From Bacteroidales bacterium (lineage in GTDB: Bacteria > Bacteroidota > Bacteroidia > Bacteroidales > Muribaculaceae): a stretch of 64,000 nt of DNA. The notes under the pieces are model-generated. The model saw only the letters and a program-made list of their open reading frames with translations, was not told the DNA's origin and ran no database searches. The stretch covers positions 11,963 to 75,962 of the forward strand of contig JAAVGE010000011.1 in the NCBI GenBank assembly GCA_014800385.1. The letters run 5' to 3'. Of the stretch, positions 39,768 to 52,312 are shown piece by piece. The position numbers were made by a program, and so were the translations under genes. Position 1 is the first letter of the stretch. Each line of letters begins with the position of its first letter.

Positions 39768-40406
39768 TTATTCAGCGGCAGGAGCCTCTGCGGCAGTGTC
39801 GGGTTTGGCCTCGGGAGCGGCACCATCAGCCTGGGCTGCGGCTGCTGCGGCAGCGGCTTTTTTCGCTGCGGCTGCTTTTTTTGCTGCTTCTATCTTAGCC
39901 AGACGAGCGGCTTCGGCGGCTGCTTTCTCTTCGGGGGTTGGCTCGGGATCGGGCACCTCGGGGAGATAATTGAGTTGTTTCACCAGTTTTGAACGTGTGA
40001 ACACCGCCTGCTCAAAATCGTTAGAAAACTCCAAAGCATTGGTCGGACATGTTGTCACACACAACTGGCAGAATGTACAACTGCCCAGGTCGTAGATATA
40101 GCGGTCAAGTTTCTTTTTCTTCTTGCCGTCAGGGGTCTCGACCATTTTGGTCTCCACGGTGATTGTTCCGTTCGGACAGTTGCGTTCGCAAGTGCCGCAC
40201 GCAATGCATTTGTGGCGTCCTTCAGCATCGTACTTCAGGACGAGGATGGCGCGGAATCTGTCGGGATAAACATGTGATCCGCGGTTTTCAGGATATTTTT
40301 CCGTGATTTTAGGAGTTACGAATTCCTTACCGGTAACGGTCATACCCTTGATGAGGGAGGAAATTCCGCTTCCTAATGATGAAAAATAATCTTTTACACT
40401 ACCCAT
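39768..40406 (-). CDS. nuoI: NADH-quinone oxidoreductase subunit I with a roughly 65-aa Ala/Lys/Glu/Pro-rich C-terminal tail
   Basis: Two 4Fe-4S motifs: CIACGTCERNCP and CTFCQLCVTTCP. The tail from about residue 147 reads LPEVPDPEPTPEEKAAAEAARLAKIEAAKKAAAAKKAAAAAAAAQADGAAPEAKPDTAAEAPAAE. Confidence 0.9.
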   Translation of the reverse strand: MGSVKDYFSSLGSGISSLIKGMTVTGKEFVTPKITEKYPENRGSHVYPDRFRAILVLKYDAEGRHKCIACGTCERNCPNGTITVETKMVETPDGKKKKKLDRYIYDLGSCTFCQLCVTTCPTNALEFSNDFEQAVFTRSKLVKQLNYLPEVPDPEPTPEEKAAAEAARLAKIEAAKKAAAAKKAAAAAAAAQADGAAPEAKPDTAAEAPAAE

Positions 40407-40439
40407 AAATGAATATGCTTATTTGTTAATTTATTCAGT

Positions 40440-41324
40440 TTATCTGATCTGACCGCCGAGAATATCAAGGAGTTCCGTGGTGATTCCCTGCTGTCGGAGT
40501 TTATTATATTCGAGTTGTAACTGGTCACGCAATTTTTTGGCGTTGTCGTTCGCGCTCTGCATTGCCATCACACGGGCTGCCTGTTCGGCTGCTCTGTTCT
40601 CCACAAACACTTCCTGAAGCGTTGAAAGGAGGAACAGCGGGAGGATGGCACTGAAGATTGCTTCGGCCGAGGGCTCAAAAATGTAGGGACGTGAATTCTT
40701 GGCCGCTTCCCCTTCGCCAAGCAGATTTTCCTGCACGATGGGGAGGAGTTGCTCTGTTACCGGACGCTGACGTGAAATGCTCTGGAAGTGCATGTATTGC
40801 AGGTCGACCAGGTCGGTGTCGCCGGCAAGGAAGGAACTGCGGAGCGTGTCGAGCATCGCGCGTACGGTGTCGGCGTTCGCCTTTGAGTCAACTCCGGGAA
40901 GAGCGTTGACCGTCACGCCGTTGCGGTTCAGTTTTGAGGCTGCCTTGAGCATCTTGCTTCCAACGGGAATGATGCGTATGTTGACATCGTTGCCGTAGGT
41001 CTGCGTGTAGTAGTCGAGTCGGGCTATAAGAATTTTGAAAAGGTTGACGTTGAACGCTCCGCAAAGCCCGTCGTCCGAGCCCCAAGCCACGAGCGTGATA
41101 TTTTTCACCTCGCGCGGAGTGATTAGCGGAGATGTCATGGGGGTATCGGCTGAAAGGAGGCTGGCGATGATTGTCTGCACCTGGTTGCGGTAAGGGAGGA
41201 GTTGCTTGAGTTCCTGTTCTGCCTTGTGCATTTTAGCGGACGAAATCATCTTCATCGCACCGGTGATTTTCTCGGATGATGCGACGGAGCCTATTCTGCC
41301 TTTTAGTTCGCGGAGTGTTGCCAT
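40440..41324 (-). CDS. atpG: F1 ATP synthase gamma subunit
   Basis: 294 aa. N-terminal MATLRELKGRIGSVASSEKITGAMKMISSAKMHKAE and C-terminal ...ITTELLDILGG. Confidence 0.92.
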   Translation of the reverse strand: MATLRELKGRIGSVASSEKITGAMKMISSAKMHKAEQELKQLLPYRNQVQTIIASLLSADTPMTSPLITPREVKNITLVAWGSDDGLCGAFNVNLFKILIARLDYYTQTYGNDVNIRIIPVGSKMLKAASKLNRNGVTVNALPGVDSKANADTVRAMLDTLRSSFLAGDTDLVDLQYMHFQSISRQRPVTEQLLPIVQENLLGEGEAAKNSRPYIFEPSAEAIFSAILPLFLLSTLQEVFVENRAAEQAARVMAMQSANDNAKKLRDQLQLEYNKLRQQGITTELLDILGGQIR

Positions 41325-41344
41325 TCTGCCTTTTTCCTTTTTTA

Positions 41345-42922
41345 TTAGTTATTGTAACGTGCCGAAACTTCGTTTGCTACGTTTGTGAGGATTTCAGTAA
41401 CAGTGTCGTCGAGTTTGCCCTGTTTGAGCACGTCGAGAACCTGTGTCTGATATTTGGCACGCAGTATCTGGAGGAATGATGTTTCAAATTCTGCCACTTT
41501 TTCCAGGGGTACGTTCTGGAGCAGTCCGTTTACACCGCAGAAGATGATTGCGATTTCTTCTTCAACGGGCATGGGGTGATACTGGGGCTGGATGAGCAGA
41601 CGTTCGTTTTTGCGACCACGGTCAATGACACGTGCGGTCACGGGGTCGATGTCACCACCGAATTTGGTGAATGACTCAAGTTCGCGGAACTGCGCCTGGT
41701 CAATTTTCAGGGTACCTGCCACCTTCTTCATCGCCTTAATCTGGGCATTACCACCTACACGTGACACGGAGATACCTACGTTGATTGCAGGACGGATACC
41801 CTGGTTGAACAGGGCTGACTCCAGATAAATCTGACCATCGGTGATGGAGATTACGTTGGTGGGGATATATGCCGACACGTCACCCGCCTGTGTTTCGATG
41901 ATGGGGAGTGCGGTCAGTGAGCCGCCACCTTTCACCAGAGGCTTGAGGGATTCGGGGAGGTCGTTCATCATTGAAGCCACTTTCTGGCTGTCGATGATTT
42001 TGGCTGCACGCTCAAGCAGACGTGAGTGGAGATAGAAAATATCACCGGGATATGCTTCACGTCCGGAGGGGCGTTTAAGAATCAATGACACCTCGCGGTA
42101 GGCAACAGCCTGTTTTGAGAGGTCATCGTATACGATAAGCGCATGGCGACCGGTGTCACGGATATATTCACCGATAGCAACGCCGGCGAACGGTGCCCAA
42201 TAGCGCATTGCGGCAGAGTCGGATGCATTTGCAGCAACTACGACTGTGTAGTCCATAGCACCGTATTTGCGGAGTGTTTCCACTGTTGCGGCAACTGATG
42301 AGCCTTTCTGACCGATGGCTACGTATATACAGTAAACGGGGTCACCGTTTTCAAAGTTCTTGCGCTGGTTGATGATGGTGTCGATAGCGATGGCGGTTTT
42401 ACCGATCTGGCGGTCACCGATGATAAGTTCGCGCTGACCGCGACCTATGGGCACCATAGAGTCCACAGCCTTGATACCTGTCTGGAGAGGCTGTGTCACG
42501 GGCTGACGGAAGATAACGCCGGGCGCCTTACGCTCCAGGGGGAGGTTAAGGAGTTCGCCGGTGATGGGTCCTTTACCGTCGATGGGCTGGCCGAGGATGT
42601 TGATGACACGACCGAAAAGCCCGTCACCCACAGGGATAGAAGCGATTCGTCCGGTGCGTTTGACCGTCATGTTTTCGGTGACTTTGTTGACGTTGTTCAG
42701 GAGCACTACTCCGACGTTGCTTTCTTCCAAGTTCAAAGCCACGCCAACCACGCCGTTCTCGAACTCCACGAGTTCGTTTGCCTGAACATTGTCCAGACCA
42801 TAGACGTGAGCCACTCCGTCGCCAACTTCGAGCACTGTTCCCGTTTCTTCAAACGATACTTTTGAATTAACGTTTTCGAGTTGGCTTTTTAATACTTCTG
42901 ATATCTCGCTGGGGTTAATCAT
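41345..42922 (-). CDS. atpA: F1 ATP synthase alpha subunit
   Basis: 525 aa. Walker [15 protein letters not shown]. Also [34 protein letters not shown]. Confidence 0.95.
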   Translation of the reverse strand: MINPSEISEVLKSQLENVNSKVSFEETGTVLEVGDGVAHVYGLDNVQANELVEFENGVVGVALNLEESNVGVVLLNNVNKVTENMTVKRTGRIASIPVGDGLFGRVINILGQPIDGKGPITGELLNLPLERKAPGVIFRQPVTQPLQTGIKAVDSMVPIGRGQRELIIGDRQIGKTAIAIDTIINQRKNFENGDPVYCIYVAIGQKGSSVAATVETLRKYGAMDYTVVVAANASDSAAMRYWAPFAGVAIGEYIRDTGRHALIVYDDLSKQAVAYREVSLILKRPSGREAYPGDIFYLHSRLLERAAKIIDSQKVASMMNDLPESLKPLVKGGGSLTALPIIETQAGDVSAYIPTNVISITDGQIYLESALFNQGIRPAINVGISVSRVGGNAQIKAMKKVAGTLKIDQAQFRELESFTKFGGDIDPVTARVIDRGRKNERLLIQPQYHPMPVEEEIAIIFCGVNGLLQNVPLEKVAEFETSFLQILRAKYQTQVLDVLKQGKLDDTVTEILTNVANEVSARYNN

Positions 42923-42924
42923 TT

Positions 42925-43473
42925 TTAGGAGTTGATAAGTTTGAGACGCAATTGTTTCAGTTCGTTTTTGATTGAGGCATCGAGACGCTCATTATTGATA
43001 GCGATGGTGAATCCGCCAATGATCGAGGGGTCGACAGCCGTAGAGAATTCCATTGTGCTTCCCTGGGGCAGGTGGTTTTCCACAATCTTTTTCAGGCGGC
43101 TCAGTTCGGCATCGTCCAAAGGTTGGGCTGATGTCACTGTCACCACATAGATATTGTTTTCTTTCCGGTAGATGTCCGCATAAGCCAAGGCAATGTCACG
43201 GATAAGGTCAATACGCTTGTTTTGAATGAGCAGTTTGAGGAAATCGTCAAACAGGGTGTCGTTCTCGGACAATCCTGCCGCGGTTTTCACCAGTGAGACT
43301 TTTTCCTCAGCCGACACAAAGGGATTGGCGATGGTTTGATTCAACGCCGCCTGAGCCGCGAAACTCAGTGACAGTTGCTTCATCAGGGCATAAATCTGCG
43401 GGGCGCAGTTTTTTTCCTGCGCAACCTTCAGCAGAGCCTTTGCATATCGGCGTGGTATGAGACCTTCGTTCAT
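42925..43473 (-). CDS. atpH: F1 ATP synthase delta (OSCP) subunit
   Basis: 182 aa. [16 protein letters not shown]... and [20 protein letters not shown]. Confidence 0.88.
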   Translation of the reverse strand: MNEGLIPRRYAKALLKVAQEKNCAPQIYALMKQLSLSFAAQAALNQTIANPFVSAEEKVSLVKTAAGLSENDTLFDDFLKLLIQNKRIDLIRDIALAYADIYRKENNIYVVTVTSAQPLDDAELSRLKKIVENHLPQGSTMEFSTAVDPSIIGGFTIAINNERLDASIKNELKQLRLKLINS

Positions 43474-43481
43474 TGCGTTTC

Positions 43482-43979
43482 TTAGTTTTGGTTCTCTATT
43501 TCGTCAAGGAGGTTGTTGACAAGTTTAGCCTGGGCATTCTCATCTTTCATCTCACCGCGAAGCACTTTTTCAGCGATCTTGATAGCAAATTCGCTTACCT
43601 CTTCACGGATAGACTCGCGAGCATCCTTACGGGCCTGCTGAATGGCGAGTTTGGCTGCATCCAGTTCTTTCTGCCCTTCTTTGCGTGCATCTGTGCGAGC
43701 CTGTTCAATGATTTGAGATTTCAGGGTTTCGGCATCGCGCAGTATGTCACCTTCCTTCACACGTGCATCGGCAATGATCCGGTCGGCCTGCTGCTGTGCT
43801 GAATCAAGCGATTCCTTGGCGTTCTGAGCGTACTCCACACCCTTATCAATAAGTTCGGCACGGTCATCCACGGTTTTGAGAATAACGGGCCACGCGTACT
43901 TCCACAGAATAAGGAAGAGCACGGCAAATGAAACGAACATCCAGAAAACCAGACCGAATCCGGGGGTAAATAGTTCCAT
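43482..43979 (-). CDS. atpF: Fo ATP synthase subunit b
   Basis: 165 aa. One N-terminal TM helix (FWMFVSFAVLFLILWKYAW) followed by a long charged helix. Confidence 0.88.
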   Translation of the reverse strand: MELFTPGFGLVFWMFVSFAVLFLILWKYAWPVILKTVDDRAELIDKGVEYAQNAKESLDSAQQQADRIIADARVKEGDILRDAETLKSQIIEQARTDARKEGQKELDAAKLAIQQARKDARESIREEVSEFAIKIAEKVLRGEMKDENAQAKLVNNLLDEIENQN

Positions 43980-44064
43980 GATAAGAGTGTTTGTAAAGTT
44001 AAATGGTTAAGTAGACGGGGTCGGAGAAGGGTTCTCCCCTACTCCGTCCCTGCTTTATTTCTTA

Positions 44065-45475
<1,411 letters not shown>

Positions 45476-45482
45476 TGCTATA

Positions 45483-45719
45483 TCAATAGGTGCAGACTGA
45501 CACTATGTTATTATCTACGTCGACGATACCACCGGTGATGGCTGCCTTGTGCTCGCCTCCATCTGTGGATATATATGTGATCTCCCCTGCCGTCAGTATG
45601 GAGACCAGCGAAGCGTGGTTTTTGAGAACAGTGAAACTGCCCATCTCACCCGGGAGTGTCACCGAAGTCACTTCTCCCTGGAAAACCACTTCCTGCGCGG
45701 ATATAATTTTGAGTGTCAT
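45483..45719 (-). CDS. atpC: F1 ATP synthase epsilon subunit (short form, beta-sandwich only)
   Basis: 78 aa. MTLKIISAQEVVFQGEVTSVTLPGEMGSFTVLKNHASLVSIL. Positioned directly after atpD. Confidence 0.85.
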   Translation of the reverse strand: MTLKIISAQEVVFQGEVTSVTLPGEMGSFTVLKNHASLVSILTAGEITYISTDGGEHKAAITGGIVDVDNNIVSVCTY

Positions 45720-45764
45720 GCTCTTGTTACTCTTAATTGGGTTGGGTTACTGCTGCAGGAGCGA

Positions 45765-47300
<1,536 letters not shown>

Positions 47301-47307
47301 TTACAAT

Positions 47308-48384
47308 TTAGAAATGCAGGTTGTAGACAACCACCAGAACCATCACCACGAGGTTAACGAGGTTGATGGGAAGGAGGTATTTCCATTCCAGAGTAAGCAA
47401 CTGGTCGATACGCAGACGGGGGAAGGTCCACTTGAACCAGATGATGACAAATGAAAGGATGATAGCCTTGCCGATGAACCAGATGGGTGAAGGGATGAAG
47501 TTCATTACATCGTTGAAGCCTTCCCAGCCGGGAACATGCAGAGGCATCCAACCACCGAAGAAGAGGAGTGTTGCGACACCTGACACGATGAAAAGGTTCA
47601 GATACTCAGCCAGATAGAAGAAGCCGAAGTGGATACCTGAATATTCAGTGTGGTAACCGGCGGTCAACTCACTTTCAGCCTCAGGAAGGTCGAACGGACC
47701 GCGGTTGGTTTCGGCGGTACCTGCAATCAGATAGATGATGAATGCAACGATTGCCGGGATATGACCGGTGAAGATAAACCAGCCGTTTTCCTGAGCCTGC
47801 ACGATGCCGGGGATTGACATTGTGCCTGCCAGACAAACCATAGTGAGGATTGAAAGGCTGATTGAAAGTTCGTAACTTACCATCTGCGCACCAGAACGCA
47901 TTGCACCGATAAGGGTGTATTTGTTGTTACTTGACCATCCTGCCAGAAGGATACCGAGCACACCGATTGATGATACGGCAATCAGGAAGAAGATGCCTAT
48001 ATTGAAGTCAATGACCTGCAGACCGTTACCCCAGGGGAGACACGCGAATGAGAGCATTGAAGCGATGATCACCAGATAAGGAGCGAGGGCAAAGAGGAAT
48101 TTGTCGGTGTTGTTCAGTTCGATAAGTTCCTTGATGAGCATCTTGAACATGTCGGCGAACACCTGACACAGACCGAGGGGACCTACGCGGTTCGGTCCGA
48201 GACGACACTGGAAGAATGCACAGATTTTACGTTCGTAGTAAATATAGAACAGTGCGAGCAAAGAGTAGACAAGGAGCAGACCTACGCCGATGAGCACACA
48301 CTCTACCGTGGTTGTCAGCCATCCGGGCATGAAACTTGCCAGAAGGTTGTGGATCCATTCGGTAACTATAGAGAAGTTAAACAT
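47308..48384 (-). CDS. nuoH: NADH-quinone oxidoreductase subunit H
   Basis: 358 aa, polytopic. [36 protein letters not shown] and [20 protein letters not shown]. Confidence 0.93.
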   Translation of the reverse strand: MFNFSIVTEWIHNLLASFMPGWLTTTVECVLIGVGLLLVYSLLALFYIYYERKICAFFQCRLGPNRVGPLGLCQVFADMFKMLIKELIELNNTDKFLFALAPYLVIIASMLSFACLPWGNGLQVIDFNIGIFFLIAVSSIGVLGILLAGWSSNNKYTLIGAMRSGAQMVSYELSISLSILTMVCLAGTMSIPGIVQAQENGWFIFTGHIPAIVAFIIYLIAGTAETNRGPFDLPEAESELTAGYHTEYSGIHFGFFYLAEYLNLFIVSGVATLLFFGGWMPLHVPGWEGFNDVMNFIPSPIWFIGKAIILSFVIIWFKWTFPRLRIDQLLTLEWKYLLPINLVNLVVMVLVVVYNLHF

Positions 48385-48428
48385 TGCGGTGGATGTTATT
48401 GGTTCTTAATTCTTTTAATTGAAACGTT

Positions 48429-50045
48429 TTAGCGGTCGATGTCAGGAACGATGTAGTCCAGTGATCCACCGATTGTGATAAGGTCAGCGATTTTGTCGCC
48501 ACGGGTGATGTGATCCACTACCGAAGCGAGGTTCAGACAGGGAGTAACTAGTTTCAGGCGGTAAGGCTGAGCTGTGCCTTTGCTTTCAATGTAGACACCG
48601 AACACACCACGACAACCTTCAACGAGTTGGAACCAGTGACCTTCGGGAAGTTTGATCACTTTGGGTACTTTGGTGCAGTATTCGCCTTCAGGGATATTGT
48701 CGATCAACTGGTTGATGATGTCAACAGACTGCTGGATTTCATCCATACGGTTTTTGAAGCGTGCCATTGAGTCACCTTCGGTACGGACAACCTGCTCGAA
48801 TTTGAGTTCGGGGTAGATGCTGTAAGGATGGGTTTTACGAACGTCGCAAGCCCAGCCTGATGCGCGTCCTGAAGGACCGGTGATGCCGTAAGAGATTGCA
48901 TCATCATGGCTCAGCACGCCAACGCCTTCCAGACGACCTTTGGTGATGACGTTACCGGTAAAGAGTTTGTTATACTCAGCAACGTTTTTGGGACAGATAG
49001 CAAGCAGTTCCTTCACATCCTTGACAAAGTCAGGGTGAATGTCGGCCATCAGACCACCGATAACTGAATAGTTGAATGTCATTCGGGCACCGCAGGTACG
49101 TTCCATGATGTCAAGAATCTGTTCGCGTACACGCAGTGTGTAGAACAGCATTGTTGTCGCACCAAGGTCCATGCAGTAGGTACCGATGAACAGACAGTGT
49201 GAGGCGATACGTGAAAGTTCGTCCATTATCACACGGATAACCTGAGCACGGCGGGGAGCCTCAATGCCCATGGCCTTTTCAATACAGAGGCAGAGACCGT
49301 GGTGATAATTGTGGGCGGAGAAGTAGTCCAGACGGTCCATAAAATGGAGGGTCTGAGGATATGTGAGATTTTCACACAGTTTTTCAACGCCACGGTGGAT
49401 GTAACCCATGTAGACGTCGATTTTCTTGATAATCTCACCGTCAAGGGCAGTGCGGAAACGTAACACACCGTGAGTTGCGGGGTGCTGCGGACCGATATTA
49501 ACTACGAAGTCGTCATCCTGGAAAACACGTTCAACATTTTTTACCAGTTTGCCGTTTTCACGTTTCCAGACGTATGTTTCATCGCTCTGACGTTCGTTCT
49601 CGATTGACACGGGGTTGAGTTCGGGATTTTCATCATAATCCTTACGGAGAGGATAGCCCACCCAGTCAATATTGAGGAAGAGGCGACGCATGTCGGGGTT
49701 ATTTACGAAGATGATTCCGAAGAAGTCATACACTTCGCGTTCGAAAATCACAGCGATTCTCCAGAGGTCGGCAACAGAAGTGAGAGCCGGCTGTTCGCGG
49801 TCAGCGGTAGCGACCTTGATAGAAATCTGTGATTTGTCGTTGGTATTCATCAGATAGTAGATACAGCCCAGAGAGTCTGTCCAGTCCATACCCACGATGG
49901 TAACGAGATAGTCATACCCGAACTCATCACGAAGTTTCTTTGCTAATTCATGAAGTTTTTCGTCGGGGATGCAGATACGAAGAATTTCACCCTCTTCAAA
50001 AGAAGCCTCGGGGAAAAATCCTGCTATTTGTTCTTGGATATTCAT
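48429..50045 (-). CDS. nuoCD: NADH-quinone oxidoreductase fused subunits C/D
   Basis: 538 aa. NuoC-like N-terminus (YDYLVTIVGMDW...ERE(V)YDFFGI) fused to NuoD (NIGPQHPATHGVLRFRTALDGE ... VPDIDR). Confidence 0.93.
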   Translation of the reverse strand: MNIQEQIAGFFPEASFEEGEILRICIPDEKLHELAKKLRDEFGYDYLVTIVGMDWTDSLGCIYYLMNTNDKSQISIKVATADREQPALTSVADLWRIAVIFEREVYDFFGIIFVNNPDMRRLFLNIDWVGYPLRKDYDENPELNPVSIENERQSDETYVWKRENGKLVKNVERVFQDDDFVVNIGPQHPATHGVLRFRTALDGEIIKKIDVYMGYIHRGVEKLCENLTYPQTLHFMDRLDYFSAHNYHHGLCLCIEKAMGIEAPRRAQVIRVIMDELSRIASHCLFIGTYCMDLGATTMLFYTLRVREQILDIMERTCGARMTFNYSVIGGLMADIHPDFVKDVKELLAICPKNVAEYNKLFTGNVITKGRLEGVGVLSHDDAISYGITGPSGRASGWACDVRKTHPYSIYPELKFEQVVRTEGDSMARFKNRMDEIQQSVDIINQLIDNIPEGEYCTKVPKVIKLPEGHWFQLVEGCRGVFGVYIESKGTAQPYRLKLVTPCLNLASVVDHITRGDKIADLITIGGSLDYIVPDIDR

Positions 50046-50074
50046 GATTGGTTTACAATTGAATAAGGATGGAA

Positions 50075-50689
50075 TTATTTATTTTCTTCAACGGGGTGTG
50101 CTGCAAGATATTCCTTACGGTTTTCCTGGCGGTTCACGCCACCGAAGAATTTCTCCACTTTAACTTTACGTGAGAGTTGCATGATGCCATAAATCATTGC
50201 CTCGGGACGGGGAGGACAACCGGGAACGAAAACGTCAACGGGAACCAGATCCTCGATACCTTTTGCAACGTGGTAAGATTTACGGAAGGGACCGCCGGAG
50301 ATGGCACATGATCCGCACGCAATGACATATTTGGGTTCAGCCAACTGGTCGTAGAGGCGACGGAACACGGGTGCCATTCGATTAACAATAGTACCGGCAA
50401 CCATCATGAAGTCGGCCTGACGGGGCGACGAACGAGCCACTTCCCATCCGAAGCGCGCCATATCAAAACGTGCAGCACCGAGCGAAACGAATTCGATACC
50501 GCAGCAACTTGTTGCGAAAGTAAGAGGCCACAGAGAGTTTGAACGACCCCAGTTGATAAGAGTGTCGAGCGAGCCGACGATGATATTTGTGCCGCTTTCG
50601 CGGAGTTCATTTACGAGTGATTCGATATATTCGTTATCTTTCCAATCCTCGTAGGGCATGCTTTTGGTAGTAACCTTTTTCATTTCCAT
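50075..50689 (-). CDS. nuoB: NADH-quinone oxidoreductase subunit B
   Basis: N2 cluster cysteines: TSCCGIEF, ACGSCAISGGPF, VPGCPPRPEA. An alternative ATG at 50683 would abut the nuoA stop. Confidence 0.93.
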   Translation of the reverse strand: MEMKKVTTKSMPYEDWKDNEYIESLVNELRESGTNIIVGSLDTLINWGRSNSLWPLTFATSCCGIEFVSLGAARFDMARFGWEVARSSPRQADFMMVAGTIVNRMAPVFRRLYDQLAEPKYVIACGSCAISGGPFRKSYHVAKGIEDLVPVDVFVPGCPPRPEAMIYGIMQLSRKVKVEKFFGGVNRQENRKEYLAAHPVEENK

Positions 50690-51060
50690 TCAAGCGCTCC
50701 TTTACGCCAAGCATAAACCAGACCTAATACTAAGATTCCGAAGAATACTGCGATGCTGAGTAATCCGTCAGTGCCGAGGTCGCGAACGCGAACTGCCCAA
50801 GGGAAAAGGAACACTGCTTCCACGTCAAACATCAGGAAGAGAATTGCGAACAGGTAATAACCCACACTGAAACGAGTCTGCGAATTGCCTCGGGTGGGGA
50901 TACCACATTCATAGGCTTCCCCTTTTTGGGGGTTGAACGAACGGGGTGAGATCAAGCCTGCCACCCACATTGCAAGGAACACCAAACCGGCACCGGTAAG
51001 GGCGGCGGTCAGCGCGAGCAATCCGTTGTCCTGAATTCCAAAAATGTCTAATAATGTCAT
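50680..51060 (-). CDS. nuoA: NADH-quinone oxidoreductase subunit A
   Basis: 126 aa, 3 TM helices. KGEAYECGIP and LFLMFDVEAVFLFPWAV. Confidence 0.92.
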   Translation of the reverse strand: MTLLDIFGIQDNGLLALTAALTGAGLVFLAMWVAGLISPRSFNPQKGEAYECGIPTRGNSQTRFSVGYYLFAILFLMFDVEAVFLFPWAVRVRDLGTDGLLSIAVFFGILVLGLVYAWRKGALEWK

Positions 51061-51176
51061 ATTAAGAAATGTATCGGTTTACTAATTTTATCGTTTTCGT
51101 TATTTTGCTGTTATTTTGAAAGTTTTACAAAACTCGAATTCGCCATTTTTATTACATAAAATGGCATTTTCGAGTG

Positions 51177-51184
51177 CAAATATA
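51177..51184 (-). promoter_or_regulatory. Candidate -7 box (TATATTTG) for the nuo/atp cluster
   Basis: The plus strand reads caaatata, 117 nt upstream of the nuoA ATG in a 312-bp AT-rich intergenic region. Confidence 0.3.
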
Positions 51185-51372
51185 CGTAAAAAAAACCGAA
51201 ACAGTGAAAACAAACACATATATTTTATCACCAAGTTATTAACAGTGCCGTAATCCATGTCTGTCATCGTATCTCCCTTACTGACAGTTTTTCACATCAT
51301 TTAAAAACCAAAACGCAGCCGATCCACCAGTGCGAATCGGCTGCGTTCAGTATGTTAATTTATCGTAATTAA

Positions 51373-52242
51373 CTAATTTAACACACCTTCAGTGAAGGTA
51401 TATCCACATTTTGCTGATGATTTGAAGCGACCTGCGGCAGTGTATTCAAACTCAACGCCGGTAGCGAACACCCCGGTCAATGAGAAGTCAGTAACAGCAT
51501 AGTCGGGCTCCTCTTTGGGATTCTGAACTGTTCCGGTGTACACTTTTGCGGAACTTTCTGAAATTGTATAACCGTCAAGAGTGAAATCAGCATAGAGTTC
51601 CAGAAGCATGAGATTCATTTCGGGCATTTTAGGAGCAAATTTAGCATCATACATAAAGAGGCGTGCCTGAGATTTGCCATCTTTTCTCACGGTCGGTTCG
51701 AATGTAACGGCATAATAGGTTGCATCGGTCTGGAACACTGAGGGTGTGCCGAGGATTGTGGTTTCGGTGTCACCGAAATAGAAAATCGCTTTCTGCACGC
51801 CGCGCACATTGTAACCTCCGTTCACCTTGTAAGTTATATTAAACACAGAGATGTCATTAAGGCCTGCCATTCGACGACGAATCTTCATTTTGAAATCTGT
51901 AACGGTCACTGATCCGTTTGTCATTGAGGGGATATTGATGACAATCTCATCCTGTTCGTTGATACTGAAGGATACGTTCTGAGCAGCCACAGTATATGAA
52001 GGTGAAGCCTGTGACAACTGCAAACCATTGATACTCAGGTTAACCAGTTTCTTATTGTAATTGAACTCCATTTCATAACTTACTCCGTTCACAGCCTCAA
52101 CAGTACCTTTCTGGGTATCCTCAACCACATTGAAAACCTCATAGAGGTTGGTGGTGATTGTCTGGTCATTACCATCGCTGTCCAGACATGAGGTAAAGCC
52201 CAGCATTATGGCAATCGCCAAAAGAATTTTTGTTATTTTCAT
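51373..52242 (-). CDS. Lipoprotein of unknown function, directly downstream of the TonB-dependent receptor
   Basis: Start trimmed to the ATG at 52242 (MKITKILLAIAIMLGFTSCLDSDGND; lipobox LGFTSC). An ATG at 52254 is also possible. Beta-rich composition. Confidence 0.7.
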   Translation of the reverse strand: MKITKILLAIAIMLGFTSCLDSDGNDQTITTNLYEVFNVVEDTQKGTVEAVNGVSYEMEFNYNKKLVNLSINGLQLSQASPSYTVAAQNVSFSINEQDEIVINIPSMTNGSVTVTDFKMKIRRRMAGLNDISVFNITYKVNGGYNVRGVQKAIFYFGDTETTILGTPSVFQTDATYYAVTFEPTVRKDGKSQARLFMYDAKFAPKMPEMNLMLLELYADFTLDGYTISESSAKVYTGTVQNPKEEPDYAVTDFSLTGVFATGVEFEYTAAGRFKSSAKCGYTFTEGVLN

Positions 52243-52312
52243 ATTTTGTATCATTTTTAGTTTCACATTAATTATATATATTCTCAAATTATATATATTC
52301 TCAAAATAAGTA

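Noticed and set aside
39575-39969. Plus-strand Ala/Leu-rich ORFs (39575-39898 and 39700-39969)
   Set aside because: They arise from the GC-rich GCN-repeat DNA that encodes the NuoI low-complexity tail on the minus strand, and they overlap the nuoI and nuoJ coding sequences.
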